Program-made: the position numbers and the translations under genes | Assembly: GCA_038087875.1 (NCBI GenBank) | Contig: CM075995.1 | Location: forward strand, 1,924,001-1,988,000 | From: Malacoraja senta | Lineage: Eukaryota | Direction of reading: 5' to 3' | Length of the DNA stretch: 64,000 nucleotides | The notes under the pieces: model-generated | What the model was told of the DNA's origin: nothing | The model's input: only the letters and a program-made list of their open reading frames with translations | The model's database searches: none | Shown: piece after piece, positions 37,121 to 49,325 of the stretch | Layout of the letters: the number at the start of each line of letters is the position of its first letter | Position numbering within the stretch: the stretch's first letter is position 1

Positions 37121-39492
37121 TGGTTAGGTGCTGGACCTGCTGAGTTTCACCAGCACTTTCTGTCCAAATATTAACATTGTCCCTCATTTTGGAAAGCATA
37201 ATTTCAGACCTCACTTTACAAGAACGTCTTAACATTTGTGCTAGCTTCACTGAGGCAGCTTTACTAAAAACTCAGATTGGCTATGAAGGGCTATTACAGT
37301 ATATGCCAGCGAACAATTCCTAATAACTCATTTTAAGTACTTGAAAGTGTCAGGTGCAAAGCAAGCAAAATGCTTTATGAGAACAAAATCCTGAAAATCA
37401 CAGACAACTTACAATACTCATTGCTCACCGATGATAGAAGTGATTTAACTGTTTAATGAGTTACTACGCATATCACATTTATTTTTCATAGTTTTAACCT
37501 CTTCCTCTCAGCTGAATTCATGGAACCAAACCACACACTCTCCTGCAATATCGACAATAAGATGCATTGTTGTTCAAACATGTTTGTCAGCCTTGCATTG
37601 AAATCCCCAGTTATTTTGTGCTTTTGGACTTAACGGATAAAAACACAAATTAAGAAACCCACCTTATTAAATGGAAAATATTAGTCAACATTTATTTCAA
37701 AAAACAAAAATGCCAGCACCAGAGAAATTGTGGGAATTCAATTTTTAAAAAATAAATGCAAATAATAGCATTTACTTGTTCATGTTTCAAATGTCCTTTT
37801 GAAAAGCTCAATAGGGACAAATGAAAAAGGCAGATTAAATTAAACTCAGTCACAGATCCAGTGAATTATTAATGGCATTTGGCAGTGAAGACGTTTTTAT
37901 TTAGTAAAACTCCTCTACAGTCTGAATCTGATCGTGAATAGAAAGCACTGAACAATTAAAATAGCAACCAGTCACTTTTGAACAGAATCAGCAACCAAGG
38001 AAATAATAAGAATCCTGTAGATAGACACAAAAAAGCAGGAGTAACTAAGTGGGCAGGCAGCAACTCTTGAGAGATGAATGGGTGACGTTTCGGGTCGAGG
38101 TCCTTCTTCAGACTGGTTAGGGATAAGGGAAACGAGTAATATAGACGGTGATGTGGAGAGATAAAGAACAATGAATGAAAGATATGCAAAAAAGTAACAA
38201 TGATAATGGAAACAGGCCTTTGTTAGCTGTTTGTAGGGTGAAAATGAGAAGCTTAGTGCAACTTGGGTGGGGGAGGGATAGAGAGAGAGGGAATGTCAGG
38301 GCTACCTGAAGTGAGAGAAATCAATATTCATACCACTGGGCTGTAAGCTGCTCAAGCAAAATATGAGATGATGTTCCTCCAGTTTGTATTTAGCCTCACT
38401 CTGACAATGGAGGAGACCTGGGACAGAAAGGTCTGTGTAGGAATAGGAAGGAGAGTTAAAGTGTCCAGCAACCAGGAGATCAGTGTTAAAGAAGGAACTG
38501 CAGATGCTGGAAAATCGAAGGTACACAAAAATGCTGGAGAAACCAGCGGGTGCAGCAGCATCTATGGAGCGAAGGAAATAGGTAACGTTTCGGGCCGAAA
38601 CCCTTCTTCAGACTGATAGGGGGTGGGGAGAAGAAAGGAAAAAAGGAAAAGGCGGAGGAGGAGCCCGAGGGCTGGGGGAGGGGAGGAGACAACAGATGGC
38701 TGATGAAGGGGAGGGGACAGCCAGGGCTAGCAGAATTGGGAGAATTCAACGTTCAGGCCACCAGGATGTAGACTGCCCAAGCGGAATATGAGGTGCATTT
38801 CCTCCAATTTACGGTGTTGCTCGCTGTGGCCATGGAGGAGACCCAGGACAGAGAGGTCAGATACGGAATGGGAGGGGGGAGTTGAAGTGCTGAGCCACCG
38901 GGAGTTCAGGTTGGTTATTGCGGACGGACCGGAGGTGTTCGGCGAAACGATCGCCAAGCCTCCGCTTGGTCTCACCGATGTAGATCAGCTGGCATCTAGA
39001 GCAGCGGAATGCAATAGATGAGGTTGGAGGAGATGCAGGTGAACCTCTGTCGCACCTGGAACGACTGCTTGGGTCCTGGAATGGAGTGGAGGGGGGAAGT
39101 GAAGGGACAAGTGTTGCATCTCTTGCGGTTGCAAGGGAAGTACCAGGGGAGGGGGTGGTATGGGAGGGAAGGGAAGAATTGACAAGGGAGTTACGGAGGG
39201 AGCGGTCTTTGCGGAAGGCAGACATAGGGGGAGATGGGAAGATGTGGCGAGTGGTGGGGTCACGTTGGAGGTGGCGAAACTGACGGAGGATCACTTGTTG
39301 TATGTGACGGCTGGTGGGGTGAAAGGTGAGGACTAGGGGGACTCTGCCTTTGTTGTGAGTGGGGGGATGGGGAGAGAGAGCAGTGTTGCGGGGTATGGCA
39401 GAGACCCTGGTGCGAGCCTCATCTATGGTGGAGGAGGGGAACCCCCGTTCCCTGAAGAATGAGGACATTTCAGATGCCCTGGACATTTCAGA

Positions 39493-40344
39493 TACACTTC
39501 TTCCCACCCTGCTTCCTGTAAGGACTCCATCCCCCACTCCCAATTCCTCCGTCTACGCCGCATCTGCTCCCAGGATGAGGCGTTCCACACCAGGGCATCT
39601 GAAATGTCCTCATTCTTCAGGGAACGGGGGTTCCCCTCCTCCACCATAGATGAGGCTCGCACCAGGGTCTCTGCCATACCCCGCAACACTGCTCTCTCTC
39701 CCCATCCCCCCACTCACAACAAAGGCAGAGTCCCCCTAGTCCTCACCTTTCACCCCACCAGCCGTCACATACAACAAGTGATCCTCCGTCAGTTTCGCCA
39801 CCTCCAACGTGACCCCACCACTCGCCACATCTTCCCATCTCCCCCTATGTCTGCCTTCCGCAAAGACCGCTCCCTCCGTAACTCCCTTGTCAATTCTTCC
39901 CTTCCCTCCCATACCACCCCCTCCCCTGGTACTTTCCCTTGCAACCGCAAGAGATGCAACACTTGTCCCTTCACTTCCCCCCTCCACTCCATTCCAGGAC
40001 CCAAGCAGTCGTTCCAGGTGCGACAGAGGTTCACCTGCATCTCCTCCAACCTCATCTATTGCATTCGCTGCTCTAGATGCCAGCTGATCTACATCGGTGA
40101 GACCAAGCGGAGGCTTGGCGATCGTTTCGCCGAACACCTCCGGTCGGTCCGCAATAACCAACCTGAACTCCCGGTGGCTCAGCACTTCAACTCCCCCTCC
40201 CATTCCGTATCTGACCTCTCTGTCCTGGGTCTCCTCCATGGCCACAGCGAGCAACACCGTAAATTGGAGGAAATGCACCTCATATTCCGCTTGGGCAGTC
40301 TACATCCTGGTGGCCTGAACGTTGAATTCTCCCAATTCTGCTAG
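39493..40344 (+). CDS. 5'-truncated Penelope-like ORF: RT thumb, Cys-rich linker and GIY-YIG endonuclease
   Basis: Open frame YTSSHPASCKDSIPHSQFLRLRRICS...FPCNRKRCNTC...NLIYCIRCSRCQLIYIGETKRRLGDRFAEH...VAQHFN...GLNVEF*. The C-x4-C-x2-C linker is characteristic of Neptune-group PLEs. No RT core or 5' start is present. Confidence 0.88.
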   Translation, partial: YTSSHPASCKDSIPHSQFLRLRRICSQDEAFHTRASEMSSFFRERGFPSSTIDEARTRVSAIPRNTALSPHPPTHNKGRVPLVLTFHPTSRHIQQVILRQFRHLQRDPTTRHIFPSPPMSAFRKDRSLRNSLVNSSLPSHTTPSPGTFPCNRKRCNTCPFTSPLHSIPGPKQSFQVRQRFTCISSNLIYCIRCSRCQLIYIGETKRRLGDRFAEHLRSVRNNQPELPVAQHFNSPSHSVSDLSVLGLLHGHSEQHRKLEEMHLIFRLGSLHPGGLNVEFSQFC

Positions 40345-40460
40345 CCCTGGCTGTCCCCTCCCCTTCATCAGCCATCTGGTTGTCTCCTCCCCTCCCCCAG
40401 CCCTCGGGCTCCTCCTCCGCCTTTTCCTTTTTTCCTTTCTTCTCCCCACCCCCTATCAGT

Positions 40461-40488
40461 CTGAAGAAGGGTTTCGGCCCGAAACGTT
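40461..40488 (+). ncRNA. Minimal type-I hammerhead ribozyme motif in the Penelope-like 3' UTR (mirror copy at 38584-38611, minus strand)
   Basis: CTGAAGA-A-GGGT(TTCG)GCCC-GAAA-CG-TT: catalytic core, stem II with a UUCG loop, and palindromic ACGT in place of stem III. Confidence 0.7.
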
Positions 40489-41214
40489 ACCTATTTCCTT
40501 CGCTCCATAGATGCTGCTGCACCCGCTGAGTTTCTCCAGCATTTTTGTGTAACCAGGAGATCAGGTTGGTTCACACGGGCTGAGTGAAGGTGTTCCGCGA
40601 ACCGATCGCCCAGTCTGCGTTTGGTTTCGCCGATGTGTGAGTCCACATCTTGAACAAACGGATACAGTGGATGAGGTTGGAGGAGGTGCAAGTGAACCTC
40701 TGCGTAACCTGAAAGGACTGTCGGGGTCCCTGGACAGAGTCGAGGGAGGAGGTATAGGGACAGGTGTTGCATCTTCTGCAGTTGCAGGGGAAGGTACCTG
40801 GGAAGGGGGTGGTTTTGGGGGGCAGGGATGTGTTAACCAGGGAGATGCGGAGGGAACGGTCTCTGCAGAAATCGGAAAGGGGTGGAGATGGGAAAATGTG
40901 GCTGGTGGTGGGATCCCGTTCGAAGTGGCGAAAATTTCAGAGGATTATGCGTTGTATACGACGTCTGATGGGGTGGAAGGTAAGGACAAGGGGGACTCTG
41001 TCTCTGTTGCGACTAGGGGGAGGGGGAGCAAGGGCGGAACAGCGAGGTACCGAGGAGACACGAGTGAGGGCCTCATCTATGACGGGAGAGGGGAACCCCG
41101 GTTCACTAATGAATGAGGACATCTCGGTTGTTCTAGTACTGTGCCTCTCACTCCATTCACACCAAATGCTGTGAATTCTTTTCAATGTTGATTGGCAAAA
41201 TACTTATAGTGTTG

Positions 41215-41505
41215 CCATGGAGTCAGACTCTTACAGCGTGGAAACAGGCTCTTCGGCCCAACTTGCCCACACCGGCCAACATGTCCCATCTACACTAGCC
41301 TCACCTGCCCGCATTTGGCCCATATCCCTCTAAACCTGTCCTAAACCTGTCTAAATGTTTCTTAAACTTTGTGATACTACTTGCCTCAACTACCTCCTCC
41401 GGCAGCTTGTTCCATACACCAACCACTCTGAAAAAGGTCCCCCACTCAGGTTCCCATCAAATATTTCACCCCTCACCTTAAACCTATGTACTTCGGTTCT
41501 CGATT
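41215..41505 (-). mobile_element. CR1-like LINE 3' end
   Basis: gaaacaggctcttcggcccaacttgccc...catatccctctaaacc. Confidence 0.8.
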
Positions 41506-42219
41506 TAGTAAAGTAAAAGTGTTATTTATTTGAAGTCAAATGAATTCCATCTGAAACTGGTTGGTTTTATTATTTCATTGCACAGTTCGGCCCAGAAAAC
41601 ATGGGAATAAGTCTAATGTTTCAGAACCTAAACTTACAAACTCAGTAAAATCTGCTTTCTCAAGCTTCATGAACTTGGGATAAAGTTTAAAAGAAAATGT
41701 TAATAATAGAAAATGCCAGAAATACTTGCCAGGTCAGCCAGCATCTCTCCTGGAGAGAACAGTTAACGTGTCCAAAGTGATCCTGATTAATGAACCTTAT
41801 TAAAGGCAGCTTGAAAACATTTCTGGAGAAGAATTATCCAGCTTACGGCTTAGACATCAGCAAAGATCTGAAGAAGGGTCTCGACCCAAAACGTCACCCA
41901 TTCCTTCTCTTCAGAGATTCTGCCCTCCAGCATTTTGTGTCTAGCAAGGATCAATTGTCTGGACATCCACCCTCATTCCAATAAACACGTGAATTTACCT
42001 CTCTGTAAGTGCATTATTTTAGAATGGAGCTTCACAGCTTCAGCTCAAAACCATTCAAATGTAATAATGGCATCGACTTTGCAGTACAAATTATGATAAT
42101 GCACAAACATGCTCATTGGCTTCCGCAGTATATACAGAACAGTAGATGCAGCAAAAAAAAAGCATTACGCTTTGAAATGTACTTGTGAGTTCAAATAAAG
42201 ACACAAAGTGTTGGATAAA

Positions 42220-42580
42220 AGTGTATAAGATCATGAGAGGAATAGATTGGGTAAACACACAGTGTCTTGCCCAGAGTAGGGGAATCAAGAACCAGAGGGC
42301 ATAGATTTACGGTGAAGGGGACAAGATTTGATAGGAATCTGAGGGGTAACTTTTTCACACAAAGGGTGGTGGGTGTCGGGAATGAGCTGCTGGAGGAGGT
42401 AGTTTCTGGCAGGGACGTTCTACCACAACATTTCAGAAGCAATTAGATTGATACATGGAGAGGAGAGGGTTAGAGGGCCAAACGCAGGTAGGTAGGACTA
42501 GTGTAGATGGGATATGATGGTCGGTGTGGGTAAGATGGGCTGAAGGACCTGTTTCCACACCGTGTTACTCTATGACTATA
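42220..42580 (+). mobile_element. CR1-like LINE 3' end
   Basis: gtgtataagatcatgagaggaatagat...tttttcacacaaagggtggtggg...ctatgactat. Confidence 0.8.
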
Positions 42581-42685
42581 GTTCAGGAGGTCAGGCAGCA
42601 TCTCTGGACACTCTTCTTCCAACTGATTTTAGTAGGGGGAGAAAAAGCTGTCAGAGAAATGAGGACAGGACAAAGCCTGGTAAGT

Positions 42686-42869
42686 ACACAAAAATGCTGG
42701 AGAAACTCAGCGGGTGCAGCAGCATCTATGGAGCGAAGGAAATAGGCAACGTTTCGGCCCGAAACATTGCCTATTTCCTTCGCTCCATAGATGCTGCTGC
42801 ACCCGCTGAGTTTCTCCAGCATTTTTGTATACCTTCGATTGTCCAGCATCTGCAGTTCCTTCTTTAACA
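42686..42869. mobile_element. Young Penelope-like fold-back insert nested in an older Penelope-like 3' UTR
   Basis: Near-perfect hairpin centred at about 42758; TSD CAAAGCCTGGTAAGT at 42671-42685 and 42870-42884. Confidence 0.88.
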
Positions 42870-44446
42870 CAAAGCCTGGTAAGTGATAGGTTCACATATG
42901 TGAGGGGGGGAGTTTATTATCACATGGTTGGACAAAGGCCATGGATGAAAAGACAAAGATTGTGTGAAGAGATAAGGAATGAAGAGGTATGAAATGTGAA
43001 GCCGGAGGATGGAAAATAGGTGGGAGGAGGATAATTGCACCAAGATCAAGAACACACTCTGGAAATTGTAGTTTCTATACACACCCACCAAAATAGTCTG
43101 TTGAATGAATGGAGTCTCAGGCCTTAGTCTGCTAAGTTAAATTAAATCTCTGGATTTATATTCGTGTGATTGACTTCTCCGTCAACTATATCGCTACACA
43201 GCTGCTGGATGTCAAAGTTCCCCCATCCACTGATGGCTTGCAGCAACAAACGTCAGAAGAGGGGAACATGTTACCACAGAGATCCCGGGGTCATTGGGAG
43301 TTTTCTTCAAGGTCAGAAGCAGATACCTGCTTTACCAATGACCATGATTTTCAGACCACTGTTTACCGGGGTTGACATTTCTATCCAGCATAAACACTAT
43401 CTTTGTCCTCCACTTATGATAAAGCTTCAAGTGGATCTGTATTATTCACACTGTCAGAATTCTGACATTGATCCCCTATTTTATATTGTTCCTTTCAGAC
43501 ACAAAGATGTAAGAGCTCTTAAATTTAAAGCAGACATCAAAAATACATTTTGATTTGCAGGCCGAATAACCTTCAATTGAACTTCCATGTCAATTTTGCC
43601 AATTGAACAAAATATCTGGAGAGCTAAGCACAATGAAGAATTTTCAAAAATAGTATCATTTAGATCAGAGATACAGCGCAGAAACAGGCCCTTCGGCCCA
43701 CCGAGTCCGTGCCAACGAGCGATCCCCGCACATTTACACCTTCCTACATACATTAGCAACAATTTACAATTATACAAAGCCAATTATAGATCTCAAATTA
43801 TGTTTGTTATTTTCCATGAAATAATTCCGAGGGATTTTCAGTGCAACTTCATACTCCTATCCAAATTTCAAATGTACTGCCATGCACAAAAATGACAAAT
43901 TACTTCAATTTGTATTTAATATGTCCTTCATTGGTACGTCCTTCATCAGTAGCTCCCGATATAAAACATATTTTCTAATCCCAGTGCAGCATCAAAGTCA
44001 TCCTATGTATTATCTTTTTCAGAGGAATGCAGGGTAGATTTGCTTTTGATCTTCAAAAGTAAGAAGCGTATTTCATGATCAACTGTGCATCATCCTTTTT
44101 GCTTCTATGCCTGAAAGCCTGATTATTGTTGGCTGTGTATTAACTGGAACTCGGAAAGGAAAGCTGTTGAAGAATACAAAGAGCAGATTTTGCACAGAAA
44201 AATGACATTTACTCTTCCGATTTGCTTGCTATCCTTGCCAACTTAACCCCCCCTGTTCTCCACTGACCCCCTCACTTGTCGTCATCTATCTTGCTGTCAT
44301 GGCAACTTTTACTATTCTACACCATGCAACTAAGTGCTGGTGTAGGCATACAGCACCCTTCTCTTTTCTAATCAGGGCCAGGACAAACTGAGAGAAGCGT
44401 TGATGGTTCCATTAAATAGTCATAATCTTCAACAAAGAGTTGCTAG

Positions 44447-45415
44447 GTGGCACGGTGGCTCAGCGGCAGAGCTGCTGGCTTACAGCGTCAGAGACCCGGG
44501 TTCGATCCTGACTAGGGCTGCTTGTCAATAGACAATAGGCGCAGGAGTAGGCCATTCGGCCCTTCGAGCCATTCAATGTGATCATGGCTGATCATCCACA
44601 ATCAGTACCCCGTTCCTGCCTTCTCCTCATATCCCCTGACTCCGGTATCCTTAAGTGACCTTTCTAGCTCTCTCTATAAGGTATCCAAGAGAACCGGTCT
44701 CCACCGCCCTCTGAGGCAGAGAATTCCACAGACTCACAACTCTCTGTGTGAAAAAGTAATTCCTCATCTCCGTTCTAAATGGCTTACCCCTTATTCTTAA
44801 ACTGTGGCCCCTGGTTCTGGACTCCCCCAACATCGGGAACATGTTTCCTGCCTCTAGCGTGTCCAAACCATTAATAATCTTATATGATTCAATAAGATCT
44901 CCTCTCATCCTTCTAAATTCCATAGTATACAAGCCCAGCCACTCCATTCTCTCAGCATATGACAGTTCCGCCATTCCGGGAATTAACCTTGTGAATCTAC
45001 GCTGCACTCCCTCAATAGCAAGAATGTCCTTCCTCAAACACGGAGACCAAAACTGCACACAATATTCCAGGTGTGGTCTCACTAGGGCACTGTACAACTG
45101 AAGAAGGACCTCTTTGCTCCTATACTCAACTCCTCTTGTTATGAAGGCCAACATGCCATTCGCTTTCTTCACTGCCTGCTGTGCCTGCATGCTTACTGCA
45201 TGTCTGTACGGAGTTTGTACGTTCTCCCCGTGACCACGTGTGTTTTCTCCGAGATCTCCGGTTTCCTCCCACTCCAAAGACGTGCAGGTTTGTAGGTTAA
45301 TTGGCTTGCTATAAATGTAAATTGTCCCTAGTGTGTGTAGGGTAAGTGTCAATGTGCGGGGACACGGTGGGCCGAAGGGCCAGTTTCCGCCCGTAGCTCT
45401 GTTAACTTAACTAAA
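44447..45415. mobile_element. V-SINE (+) containing a nested CR1/HER1-like LINE fragment (about 44526-45200, minus strand)
   Basis: ORF QQAVKKANGMLAFITRGVEYRSKEVLLQLYSALVRPHLEYCVQFWSP...WNSLPQRAVETGSL; SINE head and body lie on either side. Confidence 0.9.
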
Positions 45416-45957
45416 ACCTTCTGCATCGTGGATTTATGACCTTTTCAATACAGTACGATGCATTTTGCCAAATCACATCACTTTTATTTTCATTTTGTTT
45501 ATTACCTTCATTCAAGTAGCACTCACTGTTACATGAACTCCACATTGGCAGTAGATTTTGGATAAATCAGAAGTCAGGCAGTGAACCTTAATTCCATGTG
45601 TATAAAGGAACTGCAGATGCTGTTATAAACCGAAGATAGACACAAAAGTTCTGGAGTGACTCAGCGGGTCAGGCAGTATCTCCGGAGAAAAAGGATCGTG
45701 ACATTTTGGGTCAGGTCCCTTCTTCTGGCCCTTCTTGGGTCTGAAGATGGGTCTCGCCTGAAATGTCACCCATCCTTTTTCTCCAGAGATGCTGCCTGAC
45801 CTGCTGAGTTATTCCGGCACTTTGTGTCAACCTTAATCCCATGGTGGGGAAAATTTTGGAGAACATTACAAGGAACTGGACTTATGTATAATTGGAAAGG
45901 CAAGGACTGATTAGAGATACAGCGTGGGCTTTGTGACAGTGAAATCTTGTCCCACAA

Positions 45958-47050
45958 GGGCGGCACAGTGGTGCACAGTGGTGCAGCAGTAGAGTTGTTG
46001 CCTTGCAGCACTAAAGACCCGGGTTACATCCTAACCACAGGTGCTGTCTGTATGGAGTTTGTATGTTCTCCCTGTGATCACGTGAGTTACTCCGGTTTCC
46101 TTCCACACTCCAAAAACGTACATGTTTGCACATCATTTGGATCTGATAAATTGCCCCAAGTGTGTAGGATAGTGCAAGTATACGGTATGCTCGTTGATCG
46201 GCACGGACTCTGTGGGCCGAAGGGCTTGTTTCCACGCTGTATCTCTTAAGAAAAATTTTATGGTCTAAAGCATATTATTATAATCTTTATTGAACAACCA
46301 TTGTGTCTCCAAACAACTCATTTTTAAAGGATAGAATATCAATATTCCCCTATTCTATGATCACAATTTTATTCATTTAAATTATTTTCTGGGTAAGGTT
46401 TTGATTATATTTCATTTTTATATATTATTTCTTTATGGATGTTAGTTTACCCGAAGCAAAATGAAGTGAATGATAAAACTGCTTGCTATTTTCCAGTTCA
46501 CAAACTGATGAATTCTTAATGTTGACACAAGGAACTGCTGATGCTGGTTTACAAAAAAAGATACAAAGTGCTGGAGTAACTCAGCAGATCAGGCAGCATC
46601 TCTGGAGAACATGGATGGTCTCCAGAGATGCTGCCTGATCTGCTGAGTTCTCCAACACTTTGAGTTCTTAACATTGTTCATCTTGCTCAGTAAAATTATT
46701 AGGAACCAAAAACATCCCAAAATCCTGGAAAAAAATAAATTCAATGATAAGGTCACAAAAAGGGCGGCAATGTGATGCAGTAGTAGAGTTGCTCCCTCGC
46801 AGCGCCAGAGACCCGGGTTCGATACTGACTATGGGTGCTGTCTGTACGGATTTTGTACGTTCTCCCTCCAGGTGTTCCGGTTTACCCCCACAGTCCAAAG
46901 ATGTACCGGTTTGCAGGTTATTTGGCTTTAGTAAAATATGTAAAATTGTCTTTCGTGTGTAGGATAGTGTTAGTGTACGAGGTTGTTTGCTGGTCGGCAG
47001 GGACTCGGTGGGCCGAAGGGCCTGTTTCCACGCTGTACCTCTAAAGTCTG
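45958..47050 (+). mobile_element. Two V-SINEs (45958-46250, 46762-47050) with an older Penelope-like fold-back between them (46523-46660)
   Basis: SINE consensus motifs; inverted gcagcatctctggag arms. Confidence 0.75.
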
Positions 47051-47054
47051 TACC

Positions 47055-47830
47055 TGTAGGACATCCGGTGGCGCTGCATGATGGCTGCCTCCGCTTATAG
47101 TCCGTTTGTCTTTCTATCTTTTTTTATTTTTAGTTTGTTTAGAGTATGTTTCTGGAGGTTTTTATTATGGTGTTTTGTGTGGAGGGGTGTAGGGTGCGGG
47201 GGGGAAACCGTTTTTTAGTCACTTCCTGGCAAGGATGCGACTATTTTCCGAGTCGCGCCCTGGCCCCGCTCCTCGTGGCTTACCAACTAGATTGGCGCGG
47301 CCTTTCCTGCCGGGGGACCGGACCAGAGCTTCAGCAGTGGCGGCGCAGCGCTGGATACATCGTGGAGCGGGCAATTGTTGGGCCTGCTGCATCAACATCG
47401 CGGAGCTGTGGTTTGTAGACTCCCAGCGCGGGCGGCGCTGACCAACATCGGTGTGAAGAAACTGAGTCCTACCTGCCGCCAACGTTGAATCTCCACCCAG
47501 CTCAGCCTGTGAACTTCGGGAGCCACGGACTCCGGTAGGAAGTGGCCGATTCGGAGTTCCCGGCGAGAGGGCCTGAACATCGGGCCGCCCGTAGCGGCGA
47601 CTGTGGGGGGCTCGGGTGAACAACAAACAACATCGACGAGGAGGTTAACTGAACTTTGGTGCCTTCCCTCACAGTGGGAAACTTGAATACTGCTGTGGGG
47701 ATGTTTATGTTATAGACTATTGTGTTCTGTGGTTTTATTTTTTTTATTCGTATGGCTGTATGGGAAAAAGCATTTTGTTGTCTCTGCTTGAAGACAATGA
47801 CAATAACGTTGAATCAAATCAATCAAATCA
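47055..47830 (+). mobile_element. CpG-rich non-autonomous retroposon (family E)
   Basis: GC head + T-tract + G-run layout like 19597; shared box gccttccctcacagtggg..ctgtggggatgtttatgtt; tail gacaataa..(aatca)n; AAGTCT flanks. Confidence 0.65.
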
Positions 47831-48354
47831 AGTCTAAAAGCAAAAATTCACGTGTAGCTTTCTTCTAAGCAAACACTATTGTGCCTATTGTAAGCACAAA
47901 ATCTCTTCCAATTCAATTTTCAAGTAACAATTACTATTGTCTTTGTTACTTGAGATAATTGCTACTACCAAGGTGAATGCAAACATATTCAAACCAAAAT
48001 TGCCTCTGCATTCAATAGAATAAAGTCTTCCAACCTAAAGTTACACAGATGACAACAAGGTTAGCTGCACTAGAATTAGTTTATTATCAGTACTATCAGC
48101 TAGCTTCCGTGTATGCAAGGAATGCCTCAGTACCAATCAAGAGACCTTCAACACCCACTCCAAACCCACACCACTGATCTGCAAATATAACCTACTGACA
48201 TACTACTTCCTGAAGAAGTATGATGCAATAAACTTTTTTTTAACATTTAAAAAAAAAAAATTGTGAAAAGCCATTCAAAATTAAAACAATTAACGACCAC
48301 AAATAAAAGAAACGAATACTCAAGCTCAAGAAACATAAAAGTGCTTCATAGTAA

Positions 48355-49325
48355 TTTAGTTTAGAGATATAGCGTGGAAACAGGCTCTTCAGCCCACCAA
48401 GTCTGCGCCGACCAGCGATCCCCGCACCTTAACAATATCCCACACATTAGAGACAATTTAGATTTATACCAAGCCAATTAACCTACAAGCCTGCACGTCC
48501 TGAAGATCTCGGAGAGAACCCACGCAGGTCACTGGGATAACGTACAAATTCCGTACAGGCAGCACCCGTAGTCAGGATCGAACCCGGGTCTCTGGCGCTG
48601 TAAGGCAGCAGTTCTACTGCTGCGCCACCATGCCGCCCAAATGAGTATGTTTGAGATGTACTGTTGCGACAAATTAAATGTAGAAAGGAAATATGCATTG
48701 TACCAAACGATGAAGCCACTTTCAGGAGAACATAGCACAGTAGAGCACAGGAACAGACACTTCGACCCACAATGTCCGTGCTGAACATGAACCCCACGCA
48801 GCCACAGGGAGAACATACAAACTCCGTACAGACAGCACCAGAGGGCAGGATTGAACTTGAGTCTCTGGCACAGTGAGACAGCAGCTCTACAGCTGTGCCA
48901 CTGTGCCACCCTCATTACTCATATACTCATTTCTTTTTTATTCTGGTAACACAAATTTAGAAAAAATCTGCAGAACTCAGCAAGCCAGGCAACATCTCTG
49001 GAAGACATGGATACGTGGCGATTTGGGTCAGACACAGATATATTACTTGGAATTGCCATCACTCGATGTTAAATATGAATCTAAATTTATGTTCCATGAT
49101 AAGAAGATTGAATAGTGCTGCCCCTCATAATTCATCTTTTCTGAAAACCTCAAGATCACTCCAAAGACGTACAGGTTTGTAGGTTAATTGGCTTGGTATA
49201 AATGTAAATTGTCCCTAGTGTGTGTAGGATAGTGTTAGTGTGCAAGGATCGCTGGTCGGCACAGACTCGGTTGGTCGAAGAGCGTGTTTCTGCGCTGTAT
49301 CTCTAAACTAAACTAAACTAAACTT
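48355..49325. mobile_element. Cluster of V-SINE copies and fragments
   Basis: 48355-48638 (-), 48795-48912 (-), 49158-49325 (+) match the SINE consensus. Confidence 0.75.

Larger units (their letters stand above)
38484..40550. mobile_element. Young Penelope-like (Neptune-type) inverted-repeat insertion with arms of about 960 bp
   Basis: Arms about 38521-39482 and 39590-40550 are near-perfect reverse complements; 14-bp TSD AACCAGGAGATCAG at 38470-38483 and 40551-40564. Confidence 0.93.
38020..41135 (-). mobile_element. Older Penelope-like element (thumb, linker, GIY-YIG, 3' UTR, hammerhead) split by a younger Penelope palindrome
   Basis: HIGETKRRLGDRFAEHLHSARVNQPDL (40565-40640) continues as LLVAGHFNSPSYSYTDLSVPGLLHCQSEAKYKLEEHHLIFCLSSLQPSGMNIDFSHFR (38302-38483); core at 38084-38111. 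Confidence 0.85.

Noticed and set aside
42070..42110. Possible upstream CDKAL1 exon (TACTGCAAA = YCK on the minus strand)
   Set aside because: The surrounding translation does not give CLNACTYCKTKHARG and there are no suitable splice sites.
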